Source of the DNA: Polymyxa betae A26-41
Lineage: Eukaryota > Protista > Endomyxa: Phytomyxea
Assembly (NCBI GenBank): GCA_003693705.1
Contig: RBZT01000583.1
Location: forward strand, 1-59,740
Direction of reading: 5' to 3'
Length of the DNA: 59,740 nt
Positions within the stretch are counted from its first letter, which is position 1. Every line of letters begins with the position of its first letter. The translations under genes were made by a program, and so were the position numbers. Positions 48,507 to 59,740 of this stretch are shown here, piece after piece. The notes below the pieces were generated by a model. The model was given only the letters and a program-made list of their open reading frames with translations, made no database searches and had not been told where the DNA came from.

Positions 48507-51014
48507 ATGGCGTCTTCAGGTTCCAGTAGCACTGGCTCAGCCACATTAAAATCTGTATTTGCACCATCACCTCAGACTAAACGAGGCTATGGTATTCAAG
48601 CGCACAGCTCGAAAAAGACGGGCCAGTTTCTGTACTGTAATGGCAAGCATGTCATCATTCGTAATCTGACGAATCCATCCCAATGTGAGATCTTTTCTGA
48701 ACATAAATGTAATGTTAATGTCGCCAAGGTCAGGCGTGTTCATGTATAAAATTAGTGCCCAGCTTATATTTCATATGACAGTTCTCACCGAATTCGGAAT
48801 GGGTTGCTTCTGGTGACAGTCGAGGACGTATTCTAATATGGGGTCTCAACAACAAATTGATCAAGAGCGAGGTTCAAGTCTGTCGTGACGTCTTGGACTT
48901 GGTTTGGTCTGATGATGGGAAACGTATCATTGGTGTTGGTGATGGTAATGGCACCTATGCTAAAGCATTTCTGTGGGATACTGGCTCTAATGTTGGAGAT
49001 ATTACCAACCACTCGAAATCTATATTGTCTGTTGATTTACGTCAACAACGTCCATATCGAGCTGCTACAGCTTCTGAAGACCGACAGATCAACTTCTATC
49101 AGGGACCGCCATTCAGATTCGATAAAATGAATGATAAACATAGTCGATATCCAAATCAGGCCTGATATAATGTGATGGGCAATTTGACCGCATCAACTGA
49201 TATTTGAGTTTAGGTTCGTTTCTCTCCAGATGGTCAGTATTTGGTATCAGTTGGATCTGATAAATTTATTCTCCTATTTGATGGAACGTCTGGAGATCTA
49301 ATTCAAGATTTTTCACAAGCTGGTACTGTTGCTAATGGACATCAAGGATCTATATGGTCATTTGCATGGTCTCCTGATTCCAAACATATTCTTACTGTTT
49401 CAGGTAATATGCAACTCCTTTCCTTTCACTGTACCATCATTTGCACCCATTCGTTGATTCATTCAAGTTTGAATCCTACGGCTTCTTAACTGTTTATTTC
49501 AGGAGACAGCACGGCTAAAGTCTGGTCTGTTCCTGACGGAAAAGTTGTTCAGACTTTCGAATTTCCAAATGATGGCACCTCGTGTCATCAACAGGTTTTT
49601 AACACTGTAATCTGTGTCACTAATTCACTGAATCGTATTAGGTTGGATGTCTATGGCATGATGAATCAACCTTGGTGACTGTATCCTTATCTGGTGCTAT
49701 CAACTGGCTCGATCTTGCTAATCCATCACAACCTCGACTTGTCGTACGAGGACATTCAGTACCTATCACAGCTCTGGCTGTAGATTCTGCTTCTCGCCAT
49801 GGTACTCTTCATGTTTTTTTTTGTTGATGAAGTTGTAGCGACCGTTTCATGAACGTTTCATTTTCAGAGTGAAGTATTTGTTTATACCGAGTCTAACGCT
49901 TTCTAGTGTTCTCGGGTGACAGCATTGGTAGTGTGTTCCGTTGGAATCCATTTACAAATGAAATCAAAGAGCTTAATGATGTTGGCGAGGGCGGGAAAAA
50001 TATTTCAGATATTTCCATAACACCTGATACACATCAACTATATTCAGCTGCATTTGATGACATGCTGCGTCTGAATTTGTATGTTGGGGCCTGCACGACT
50101 GCATATCTGCTCCTATTAATGGTTGCAGATCGAACGAGGGATGTCCTTTGGGTTCTCAACCTGTATCTATTGCTACAGGACCTGACCAGCTTGTTGTTCT
50201 GGTTACTAAGAAGAAGCAGATTGCTGTTGTATGCGATAATGTCATGGTGTGCTCTGAAAAGCCTTCATTATGTATTTTAAAGAGCCTTCTTCTAATCAGA
50301 TTTAGGTCCACTTTCTTGAACTTTCATTTGTTCCCACTGCTGTTGCTATTTCACCTGATTACAAGCAGGTATATTTTCCTGTCTGTCCTAATCTGAATAG
50401 CCACGCTCAAGATTTGTCAGGTTGCAGTTGCTGGTACTAAGAACGTCATGCTCTATGATCTCGATAACAAGAAATTGTCATTCTCAAGATCTTATGATAA
50501 GCATACAGACAATACGACATCTGTGGCCTATTCTCCTGGTTGATCAATACTTTGAATGCGTATTTTGTACTGACGTTAGACTAGATGGAAAGTACTTATG
50601 CACTTCAGATGGACAACGCAGCGTTTATGTATGGAACCGAGCCACAGGTTTAGAATTTATTTGGAATGTTTAAAGACAGTGCTTGATGGTTACTGTACAG
50701 GCCAAGTCTGTAATAGTTCAGGCTGGAGATATCACTCTGCTAAGGTCACATCTGTGGCATTTTCACCCGATTCTCGTTATTTGGCTACTGCTAGTACTGA
50801 TCAGGCTATACTTATATACACTGATTTGGTCTCGTTCCAATCAGACCGCATCAAGATTGATCGTAATATTACTAGCGGTTCCAGAGAAATTAGGTTCTGA
50901 TTCTGATTTGCAGCTGCTCATGTTGGTGGCGCATCTCATGTCAAATTTCTTGATGAGAAGTGCATTGTCAGTACAGGAGATGACCGCGCAGTTAAGCTAT
51001 GGGAATTGCCCTGA
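48507..51014 (+). CDS. WDR1: Actin-interacting protein 1 (WDR1/AIP1), multi-exon WD40
   Basis: FAPSPQTKRG, VAKFSPNSEWVASGDSRG, DTGSNVGDITNHSK, RQQRPYRAATASED, FYQGPPFRF, HQQVGCLW, WRYHSAKV. Confidence 0.93.
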
Positions 51015-51076
51015 ATTCTACAATGTTCTAATAAATGCGAAACCGATCATCTTTGAAATTGGGATGTTTAGTGTGT

Positions 51077-52273
51077 TTACAGAGGCACCTGTTGCTTGAA
51101 AAACTTCGCTAAACGATGTGCTCGAAATTGATAATTTAATTGCTGACGTTGACGTAAACGTTCAACACGTTGTCCGCGCTTAATGTTGTCCTCGGTGACG
51201 GCCATTTCAGCGGATCCGATCAATTTCATGGCTTGTATCTGGCGACGATCATCAGACATAGTCCTGACATTACCAACACGTTGGCGATAAATTAACCTGC
51301 AGAACGAATTAATCAACAAAGAAGGAAACAACTGGAAGTTATTACTTGTAATCACGATGACCAATAACATTGCCATTAGATATAACTAATTCACCCATCT
51401 CGTTAACTCGTTCAATTCCTGGTTTATTTTCAGAAACAATCACCTGTTATATAATTCAGTTCTGGTAATTCAATAAACAAATTCAGGACCCACCGCACTC
51501 TGATCATCATCTGTGAACATATCGGGATCAAAATCATAGAATTCGTCGAATTCGAATGCATCTTTCTCGATGACACAATTGCCGTCCTCATCAGCAACAT
51601 CATCGTCAATATCCACTGCCAAACATACTCAGAGCATTGTCATTGAGACAATGAAACTTTTACACTCAGGCTCCCAGCGCATCTTGCAATGGCTTTTAGA
51701 GTGCATATGAGCCTGTACGGCCTGCAAAGACTTGAAGGTGGCGTTGCAGTGAACACAAACGTGTCCGATACCGACTTTACAACCGAAATAGAGGAGAAGA
51801 CCTTCAAGATCAGTAAGATATTCGCGATAGGGAATGAAGAATCCATGTGATTTCGTCATATGTTCGAGACAGGGTAACATCCCTTCATCGAATACTAAAT
51901 CACAGAATAGACAAGTTCCAATAGGGATGACAGCAGGAGCCGATTTCAGAATCACGAAATCATCGCTGGACATTTCTTTCGCCACCGGCTTGCATTCCGT
52001 TTTTTTGTGTTTTCTGGACATTTGATGATTGTCATAGGATGTTTTGGAATTAAATGTCTTATTGCAGCATGTATACGTAGAGGCAGAAGGCTGGCTAGAG
52101 GCAGCAGCAGCGATTAAATCGAATTCATGAGCAGCGATGGGAGGAAGTTGGGCACATTTTCTCTTCACATTATACCGATGCCATTGCGATGAATAGTGTT
52201 GTGATCTTAAGGCCGGATCTGCATCAGCCATTGTATAACGACAAGCATTGCAGGTTAGAGCGACAGTAGCCAT
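51077..52273 (-). CDS. REI1: Cytoplasmic 60S biogenesis factor REI1/ZNF622, multi-exon
   Basis: TCNAC...HYSSQWHRYNVKRKCAQLPPI, CLFC, HMTKSHGFFIPYREYLTDLEGLL, CVHC...AVQAHMHSKSHCKM. Confidence 0.93.
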
Positions 52274-52879
52274 CAGTAATACTCTGTACAACGATATTCA
52301 GGGAATATCCCGGACCTAGATCACATCAATCCGAGAAATTCGACACAATTTCCGTACGCAGAAAATATTCCAAAATGTGAAATACAGAGTAGTAACACAC
52401 CACTGTTATCTTCTCTTTAGTAGTGAAACATCAACCATCGGGCGGGACAGTTACGTTTGCATGAGGAAGTTTGGTTACCAATATAAAACGATGGGGGAAC
52501 TGAAGGGGGTATGCTTCTGAGAAATCCGATTAATTAAGAACGGGTCGGGATGTAGATACGTTTCGGTGAAAAAGCGGCTGTGTATTGTTATACAGCAGTT
52601 GCATGATTCTATGGAAGTGGTCAGGCTACCTTCAGACCCGGGTCGGTTTATCTATACATTCCAGTTTCATTTAAGGTATTATTAATCAATAATGTCGTAA
52701 GCTAACCACTTTTAAACAGCATGACAAATAGTTCGGTTTTATGAGCTAAATTACACAAAAGTAAAAGCCATTGGTGGATTTCCTGAAATTTTCGGAGAAT
52801 TCTCTACAAGTGCGTGACGGTGTCCGATACCCAAAGTTTGACGGAATTTTAAAGAACTGAAACTGTATTACCATATCAA

Positions 52880-54407
52880 ATGGATTCGAACTGGCCCGAA
52901 TATTTGATCTGGTTAGCTACACCTGATGCCAAGCATTTTGGTGATTTCCGTCTTTCTGAAGTTGCCACTTTACTAAATCTATTCTCTATTGATACAAATC
53001 AGCTACCTAGTCATCTACCTATTGTAATTTAAATGTTCTTCAACTGATTCTTTCATCTGAGATTTATTGTACAGGATTGTCCATATGTTATTGTACAACT
53101 TCCAAATGATGAGATCTGCCATGAGCTGTGTCGTCGTGCTGTTCTAATAGAAAGTATCAGTCGATTATGGGTCAAGACTAATATCCTGTCTGCATTACCT
53201 GATCTAGTTCACAAATATCGCCATCAAATGAGAGCTGATCCTGAACCTGATAGTAATCAGTCGTTCTGTATTCGGGTGAAATCATTTGGGAATAAAGTCC
53301 CTCAAGATATATCTCAGCATCTAATCCGTAATTTAATTCATCAATTGCAATGGCAGGCCAAGATCCAACTTAAAGATCCTGATTTCTTATATTATATATA
53401 TTGTCATTATGGTATGTTATCAAACATTTATTTATGGCTTGTTTCATTTGTGGTATTATTTCTCTTATTGAGAGCATCTTATCTGATCTTATTGTTAGCC
53501 ATTAGACGGGATCGCTACACAGATCCTGATTTGTTGCAATGTTTCTTTACAAGAACTGTCGCCAACCGAACCTTCTCAATTATGGACTATTCATTAAAAA
53601 CACGTAACAACCAACAGTAATCTCATATCATTATGTTTGAATGTTTCATGTTAGGCATCTATATAGGACCAACATCGACAGATGCAGCATTGGCACAATT
53701 AATGGCGAATCAGGTTCAAGCTGTACGAAACTCACTGATATTAGACCCATTTATTGGAACTGGATCTCTTCTAATCGCATGTGCTGCATTTGGTGCTAAA
53801 TGTATTGGATCGGATATTGATTGGAATACTCTGCACCCTAAAGATGGTAACAACTGCAGGTTAGTTTCGTTCAATTTCCACATTTGTGAACTGACATCAT
53901 CTTGTCATGCAATTTTTCGTCTTTATCAATGCTGTGTTTTTTATTGTATTGATGAGATGTGCTAAAACTTGGTACAGAAGTAATTTCGATCAATATGGTT
54001 TAGATCGTGCAGATATAGTTAGATCAGATAATTCTATACCAGTTTGGAGATGTTCATTACAATTGGATGGTATTATAACAGATCCACCATATGGTATTCG
54101 AGCTGGTGCAAGACGTGCTGGATCAGATCGAATTAGATGTCAGAAACCTGTTCCAGAGCAATACTGGTCTACACATCATCCACCAACAAGACCATATCCT
54201 GTTCATGATGTTATGACTGATCTATTGAATTTAGCAGCTAAACATCTTCGTATTGGTGGTAGACTTGTATATCTATTACCTGCTGATAATCAATTTACTG
54301 ATCAAAGATTACCTACTCATTCATCACTACAATGTATTGCTAATAGTGAACAGATATGTACAGGTGGTCTATGTCGACGTCTTATTACTATGGTTAAGAT
54401 ACAATAA
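52880..54407 (+). CDS. TRM11: tRNA (guanine-10-N2)-methyltransferase TRM11, multi-exon
   Basis: DFRLSE, YIGPTSTDA, LDPFIGTGS, GSDID, NFDQYGL, IITDPPYGIRAG, GGRLVYLLP, RRLITM. Confidence 0.93.
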
Positions 54408-54645
54408 TGATATATTTTATATATTCCAGTATATTCAATAATGATATATGATATCATTAGTATGTAGTAGTTGCATATTTGTTTTATAATTAATAGTTTG
54501 CTTGTTGCTAATGATGAAATCAGAAATCAGTTTCAAACGGATGAATGTCCATGACCGAATCAATTCCGAGCCATTCACTGTACTAATTCAGTAGTTTGGA
54601 GACCAGCTGCTAAGATCACTTATATATTATAGTTATTACATTAAG

Positions 54646-55428
54646 ATGGCAGTAGAAGGTCAATTACAATCTCATCCTATGGAAGGGAAATCTATTCCAC
54701 AAGCTACATTTAAGGTTCTTAAAGAAGGGAAACTTGAAGATATTACCAGCGATCAGATCTTTTTTGGGAAGAATGCCATTGTATTATCAGTACCAGGGGC
54801 GTACACACCCACATGTTCATCTATGCATGTTCCAGGATTTCAAGATCTTTATGATCAATTTCATATGGCTGGTATTGATACTATAGTATGTGTTAGTGTT
54901 AATGATGCTTATGTAATGAAACATTGGGCTGAAGATCTACATATTCAACAAGATAAGATCATGTTCTTAGCTGATGGAAATGGAGAATTTACTAAATCTA
55001 TGGGCATGCTATTAGACAAGAGTGAGCTCGGATTTGGACCAAGATCACGTCGTTATGCAATGATAGTTCGTGATGGAATAATTGAAAAGATTCTAGCAGA
55101 ACCATTAGTTAAAGGAGATCCTTATGATGTCTCATCAGCTCAATCATGTCTTAAACAGATAACAGGACAATCTGCTAAATCTATGCCAGAAATTACGATA
55201 TTCACTCGACCTGATTGCCCATATTGTCATCAAGCTAAAAGCTGGTTAAAAGCACACAAGTTCCAGTATCATGAGCTAATAGTTGGTAAACAGATTGATG
55301 GTGGTACATTACGAGGTGTTGCTGGTAGTGAACGTGTACCACAAATATTTATTAATGGACAACATATTGGCGGATTTGATGACCTTCAAAAGCATGAGAA
55401 TCTATTACCTCAGCCTGCTGCTGCCTAA
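54646..55428 (+). CDS. Hybrid peroxiredoxin (Prx5-type)-glutaredoxin fusion, intronless
   Basis: PGAYTPTCSSMHVPG, CVSVNDAYVMKHW, ADGNGEFT, GFGPRSRRYAM; C-terminal glutaredoxin CPYC, VPQIFING, IGGFDDL. Confidence 0.95.
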   Translation: MAVEGQLQSHPMEGKSIPQATFKVLKEGKLEDITSDQIFFGKNAIVLSVPGAYTPTCSSMHVPGFQDLYDQFHMAGIDTIVCVSVNDAYVMKHWAEDLHIQQDKIMFLADGNGEFTKSMGMLLDKSELGFGPRSRRYAMIVRDGIIEKILAEPLVKGDPYDVSSAQSCLKQITGQSAKSMPEITIFTRPDCPYCHQAKSWLKAHKFQYHELIVGKQIDGGTLRGVAGSERVPQIFINGQHIGGFDDLQKHENLLPQPAAA

Positions 55429-55858
55429 ATATTTAATTATAATCAATTAATACATATTTTCATCGTGACACTTGCATGTATGTCATTATGTCTTTTATTG
55501 CAATGTGGAAATGGGTAATATGATGAAGCGCTCCAATTGTTATTAAATGTGTAATTGTGAGTATTATCATTCAGCCATGCGATAAGGACACAACGCCACC
55601 CTCTGAACAAAGACCAGCGAAACTATATTAATCCATTTCATATCCAACTTGGAACGTTTCCCAGTAAAAAACCTATAGGCTAAGATTGATGATATGTTGA
55701 ATAGTGAATAATATGCAGTTATTATAGAGGTAATGATATGAGTGATTTATTAGTTATGTTGATAGGAAGAGTAGCAGTAATAGACTATTGATTACCTATC
55801 TCAGTTCAAATGATATGGTCACAGAGATATACATCTCTCATCCTATCTAAATAGAGCA

Positions 55859-58850
55859 ATGAATCTCGGTGCTCAGCAGCGTCTGTTCTCTAACAATAGA
55901 TCCATGCTCCTTAATGACACTGATAAACATCATCATTCTGTTAATATAGATCCAGGACGTACTCATTCATTACAATTATGCTGTATGATCGGGTTTACAG
56001 GATCATATCGACAGACGTTGTTATGTCATCCAATATTATCTGATATTTGTATATCAGCTATAGGTCCAGGTTAGCAATCATATAATCATGTTGTTATCAA
56101 TGACCTTAACGCTCTCTATATAGTCATTGTTATTAGTAATTTATCGGAATCAGGTGAACAGAGATTTCTACGTGATCATCAACAGAATATCGTGGCTATT
56201 AACATGTATTTGCAGATTGTTGATCTATTTAATTGTGTTGGTCATTGTCCTGTTATAGATCTCGATCTGGGAATTACATAGTATCTGGTCAGATTAGAAA
56301 TCCAACTTTAGATCCAGATACATGTATATGTCTTTGGGATTTCTCTTCAGGGTCTCTGCTCAATAAATTCGGTTGTAATATCGTCATATAGTGCTAATCA
56401 TGTTCTAAATTGATATGCTGTAGGATATGGACGTGGTCAAGTAAAATTATTGGAATTTACGAATGATGATAGATGGATAGGATGCTGTACAGATGAATAT
56501 ATTCTATATATATGGGAAATACAATCGGGTGATCTTGGTATGTACTCAAATTATTTATTTTATTCAATATTCGTATCCCTGTATTTTTGCATATGGTTTT
56601 TTGATATAAATTATAATTACCTGATTTTATACATAAATAGTCTTGACTGCGCCTGGACAGCAGTATTCTTGTATGAAATTTGGACCTGTTCTTCCTTCAA
56701 GTAAATCGCGACGTAATCGATCATATGTTCTGTATGCATGTAGTCAGGTAAACTTCATTGTTGATGCCAATCTGTTTATATTCATTACAAGGCAGAATTC
56801 AGTACAGATCTCCACATTTCATTATGATATTAAAACTATGCAATATGAAACGAATAGACGAAGGTCTAAAGAACATGTTTGATGGTATCGTATGAGTAAT
56901 TGATATGTTGTAAAGATGTGATGTTCCAGGACGATGTGCTCTTATTCGTACATTTACATGCTGTGTATTAGATGGAGATAATCAGTATCTGTATTGTGGA
57001 ACTACAGTAAGTCATATGAGATACACTTCTCACAAACAACAAATATGATTATAGGCCGGTGATGTTTGCATGTTTGATCTGGGATCGGGCCAGTACAGAT
57101 CCACATTTCAAGTATGCTCTGGTGGCGTTCAATCAATGATTGTATGCGATAACGTTATGATTATTGGAGGGTAGATTGTCTCTTTTGATATCGCCAATAG
57201 ACTCTTATTAAAATAGGGGAGATGGGTCTCTCTACAAATATGAACGTACTGGTCCACAATGGATTCTGCACAGCGAAATGAGATTATCTGGATCGATAAC
57301 AAGTCTGACCGTATCGTCTGATATGAAAGAAGTTATATCTGGTACTAATATGTCATGTATTTATAGATCTAGGTAATATACTATTTTGTATTGCTAAACA
57401 ATCATCTATGCAATACCAATTCAGTTTCGAGTTCACCTATCAAGCATTCTCTCTATATCTTCCTCATATTACAATTAACAATACCAACGTTTTGTTTGGT
57501 CTGGTTTTGTTTGTCTTGTTCATTTTTAATATTTGTGTAGGATGTCAGATCTTCAATCATTATTAGTTCAACGGTCTTCACCTGGCCCAGTTTCCCAGCT
57601 GGCGTTTCCTCGCAATGCACAAGATCGTATTGCCGCCACCATATCAACTTGTGGTTCTGTTATAATATGGGATCGATCTGATTATAGCATTATAACAACA
57701 TATCAAGGACCATGTCCAGGTATACATCAACACGTCATGTTTGTCAGTTGATCTCAGCTCCTACAATAGGCACAACAATTATATTCAATTCGAATGATGG
57801 GGCTGGAGATTCGGATCTGTTGACCGGTTGGGAAGACGGCAGTATTCGTCTTTATTCGAGCACAGAAGAATGCATTCGTTGGCAGATTTGTGATGCAGCA
57901 CGGGGTGCAATTACTGCAATACAGCAACATGAGAAACATATTATTGTAGCAGGATCCAAGTCAGGTTTGCAGATTGGAAATCAAAATCATTTCACTAATT
58001 ACACGATAACATTATTTCTGCACTTGTATTCTATTTCTCTACTAAATACTGAATGTTACTTATGCTAGGTGCAATTCGTATATGGAACAAATGTAACCGT
58101 ACAATGATATCAGAATATGTTGCTCATAGCTCTTCACCAATCATTGATGTTATATTGGATAAAGCCCGACCATATCTAATTCATTCTGTGGGTCTCGATC
58201 GACGTCTCGTGTCATATGACTATCGAAACAAACTATACATTTCAAGTCATCAACTCAACCATCGAGTTTATCAATCGATTTCTCAACGAAACACAGGTTC
58301 ACTTTTCTAATTTTGAGGTTCTAAGATTTGAGTAATCGCAGGAGAGCTGGAGATTGCGGCAGGTTTGGGAGATGGTTGTATAATGATATATGATCTCGAT
58401 CTGTCTGAGCCTGTTTGTGTTCATGAAACCGATATCAAGAGATGCATAATCGATCTCGATTTCTCAGCCAACGGACGTTATCTGGTTACAGCACAAGCTC
58501 CAGATCAAAGTATGTAGCGACTTGACAATTGCAGCTTTTAGCTTGCACTTTTCTAATGGAAAATCAATTCAGTAACTGCTGTATCCCTATTTTCTGGAAG
58601 TTTCAGCGAAATATCTACTGAATCGATCCTATAGTTGTTGTATATGAGTTCACAGCTGACCAACAACTTGCTTGTCGAGCGTATCTATCGTTACATTCAT
58701 CGAGGATAACATCGGTCCGTTTCTCTCCCGATCAGCATGAAATTATCTCCTCATGTAAGATTGCAATTTGTGACAATGTGATAGTAATCCAAAGCTATGA
58801 CAGGTCAGGATTCATCTATTTGCATTCTAAAATTCACATCGAATTTGTAA
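55859..58850 (+). CDS. WD40-repeat protein, CFAP52/WDR16-like, many exons
   Basis: CMIGFTGSYRQT, QRFLRDHQQNI, YIVSGQ, LYCGTTAGD, LLTGWEDGSIR, HSVGLDR, FSANGRYLVT, VRFSPDQHEIIS. Orthology not established. Confidence 0.65.
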
Positions 58851-58900
58851 CCCAATCCGTACAGTACTATAGTGTATTATAATATTTAATGGTACACTTG

Positions 58901-59150
58901 AAAAAGGTAGACAGGCAGAGAAATGCGAGGGTGTCTACCTCCTCCTGTCTACCTTTTTAATGGAGGGCTACAGAATTAGGTAGACAGGCTTGGCACTGGC
59001 GCAAAAACCCTAGGTAGACAGGCTGAGCGCAGCCTCCCGACAATTGTACGGTGGGCTGCGCTTGTCAAGGCGGGCTGCGCAAGTACTGTAGGCACTAGGA
59101 AACTATAGCATCCTGCGCTAGTCATCTATCGAAGTTAGGGTCTGCGCAAT
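58901..59150. repeat. Array of GGTAGACAGG and GGCTGCGC motifs with a 15-bp perfect inverted repeat (putative element end)
   Basis: AAAAAGGTAGACAGG (58901-58915) / CCTGTCTACCTTTTT (58944-58958). Further AGGTAGACAGGCT copies at 58978 and 59012; GCGCAGCC/GGCTGCGC copies between 59027 and 59150. Confidence 0.75.
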
Positions 59151-59220
59151 TGCGTGGGGGCTTCCGCATTATCCACACTACAACAGTCAAGTTAGAATTC
59201 GGTTTATCTTTAGTTGAGTT

Positions 59221-59740
59221 ATGGATATCGCGTTTGTATTAAGTGATGAATATTCTGGGGAATCTTCGGAACGCTTCCACGATTCTGCTGCAATTACTGA
59301 GCCATCATCTTCGAAATCATTAGGAGATTCATCTTCTATTAGTTCGCATTCATTTCGCTCTTGGAACTTATTGAATGGCACCTCCCCTTCAGAGAATGAT
59401 TCCGAGCATATTCACTGTGTGGACAAAATCGACCTAACATGGTCACCAGGGGATTTCGAAACGCGATCTGGATTTAGTGGTAGCTCCTTCACTTTGGACT
59501 GTGGTCTTGATGAAGAAGGAGTCCCTATGCATCCAAATAGGGACTGCATATTCAAGTTTGACCAATTATCTCTCAAACCGAACCTCCAGGCCCACTATTC
59601 TGAATGGCAATGGAAAGTAATCCGCTCTCGCTATAGCGATTACCGAAAACCCGAAAAGTTCATAAAAATCATCACCAAACAATGCAATGGCATCATCCGA
59701 TGCCAAAAAAAGGAATGCGTGTTTACTCAAAGGCCGAAAC
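59221..59740 (+). CDS. 5' part of a GCM-like domain protein (probably transposon-encoded), runs off the window
   Basis: Stop-free frame from ATG 59221 to the window end: MDIAFVLSD...DCGLDEEGVPMHPNRDCIFK...EWQWKVIR...ITKQCNGIIRCQKKECVFTQRPK. Confidence 0.6.
   Translation, partial: MDIAFVLSDEYSGESSERFHDSAAITEPSSSKSLGDSSSISSHSFRSWNLLNGTSPSENDSEHIHCVDKIDLTWSPGDFETRSGFSGSSFTLDCGLDEEGVPMHPNRDCIFKFDQLSLKPNLQAHYSEWQWKVIRSRYSDYRKPEKFIKIITKQCNGIIRCQKKECVFTQRPK

Noticed and set aside
52274-52879. RRPE-like TGAAATTTT in the divergent REI1/TRM11 intergenic region
   Set aside because: Short AT-rich motif expected by chance, and RRPE is defined in yeasts.
58901-59150. Motif array considered as a CRISPR-like array
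   Set aside because: Repeats are 8-15 bp, in mixed orientation and irregularly spaced, with no cas genes and a eukaryotic context.

Overview
Eukaryotic nuclear DNA from a compact, gene-dense genome with many short (about 45-60 nt) introns. Several axonemal and centriolar genes (dynein LC4-like, SPEF1, CEP44, CFAP52-like, CCDC78-like) indicate a flagellated organism; a plasmodiophorid/rhizarian-type protist is a guess, not a demonstrated identity. Layout: (i) about 1-3.2 kb of decayed elements (Crypton-like fragment, gag-like remnant, C2H2 zinc-finger pseudogene, PIF/Harbinger transposase remnant); (ii) about 25 host genes from 5.7 to 58.9 kb; (iii) an intact Crypton tyrosine-recombinase transposon at 26.5-28.9 kb whose ends carry a 6-bp TCGCAG direct repeat, an 11-6-11 dif/lox-like palindrome and arrays of short motifs; (iv) at the right edge, a motif array followed by an ORF missing from the ORF track that encodes a GCM-like domain and runs off the window. 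Best leads: the Crypton end architecture, a Myb-Myb-MC1-like chromatin protein, a small TSC22-like RFxV/leucine-zipper protein, a degenerate kinesin-CCDC78 fusion, two intronless bacterial-type genes and the GCM-like element. All protein calls are motif recognition by eye with no database search, and the outer coordinates of spliced genes are approximate.
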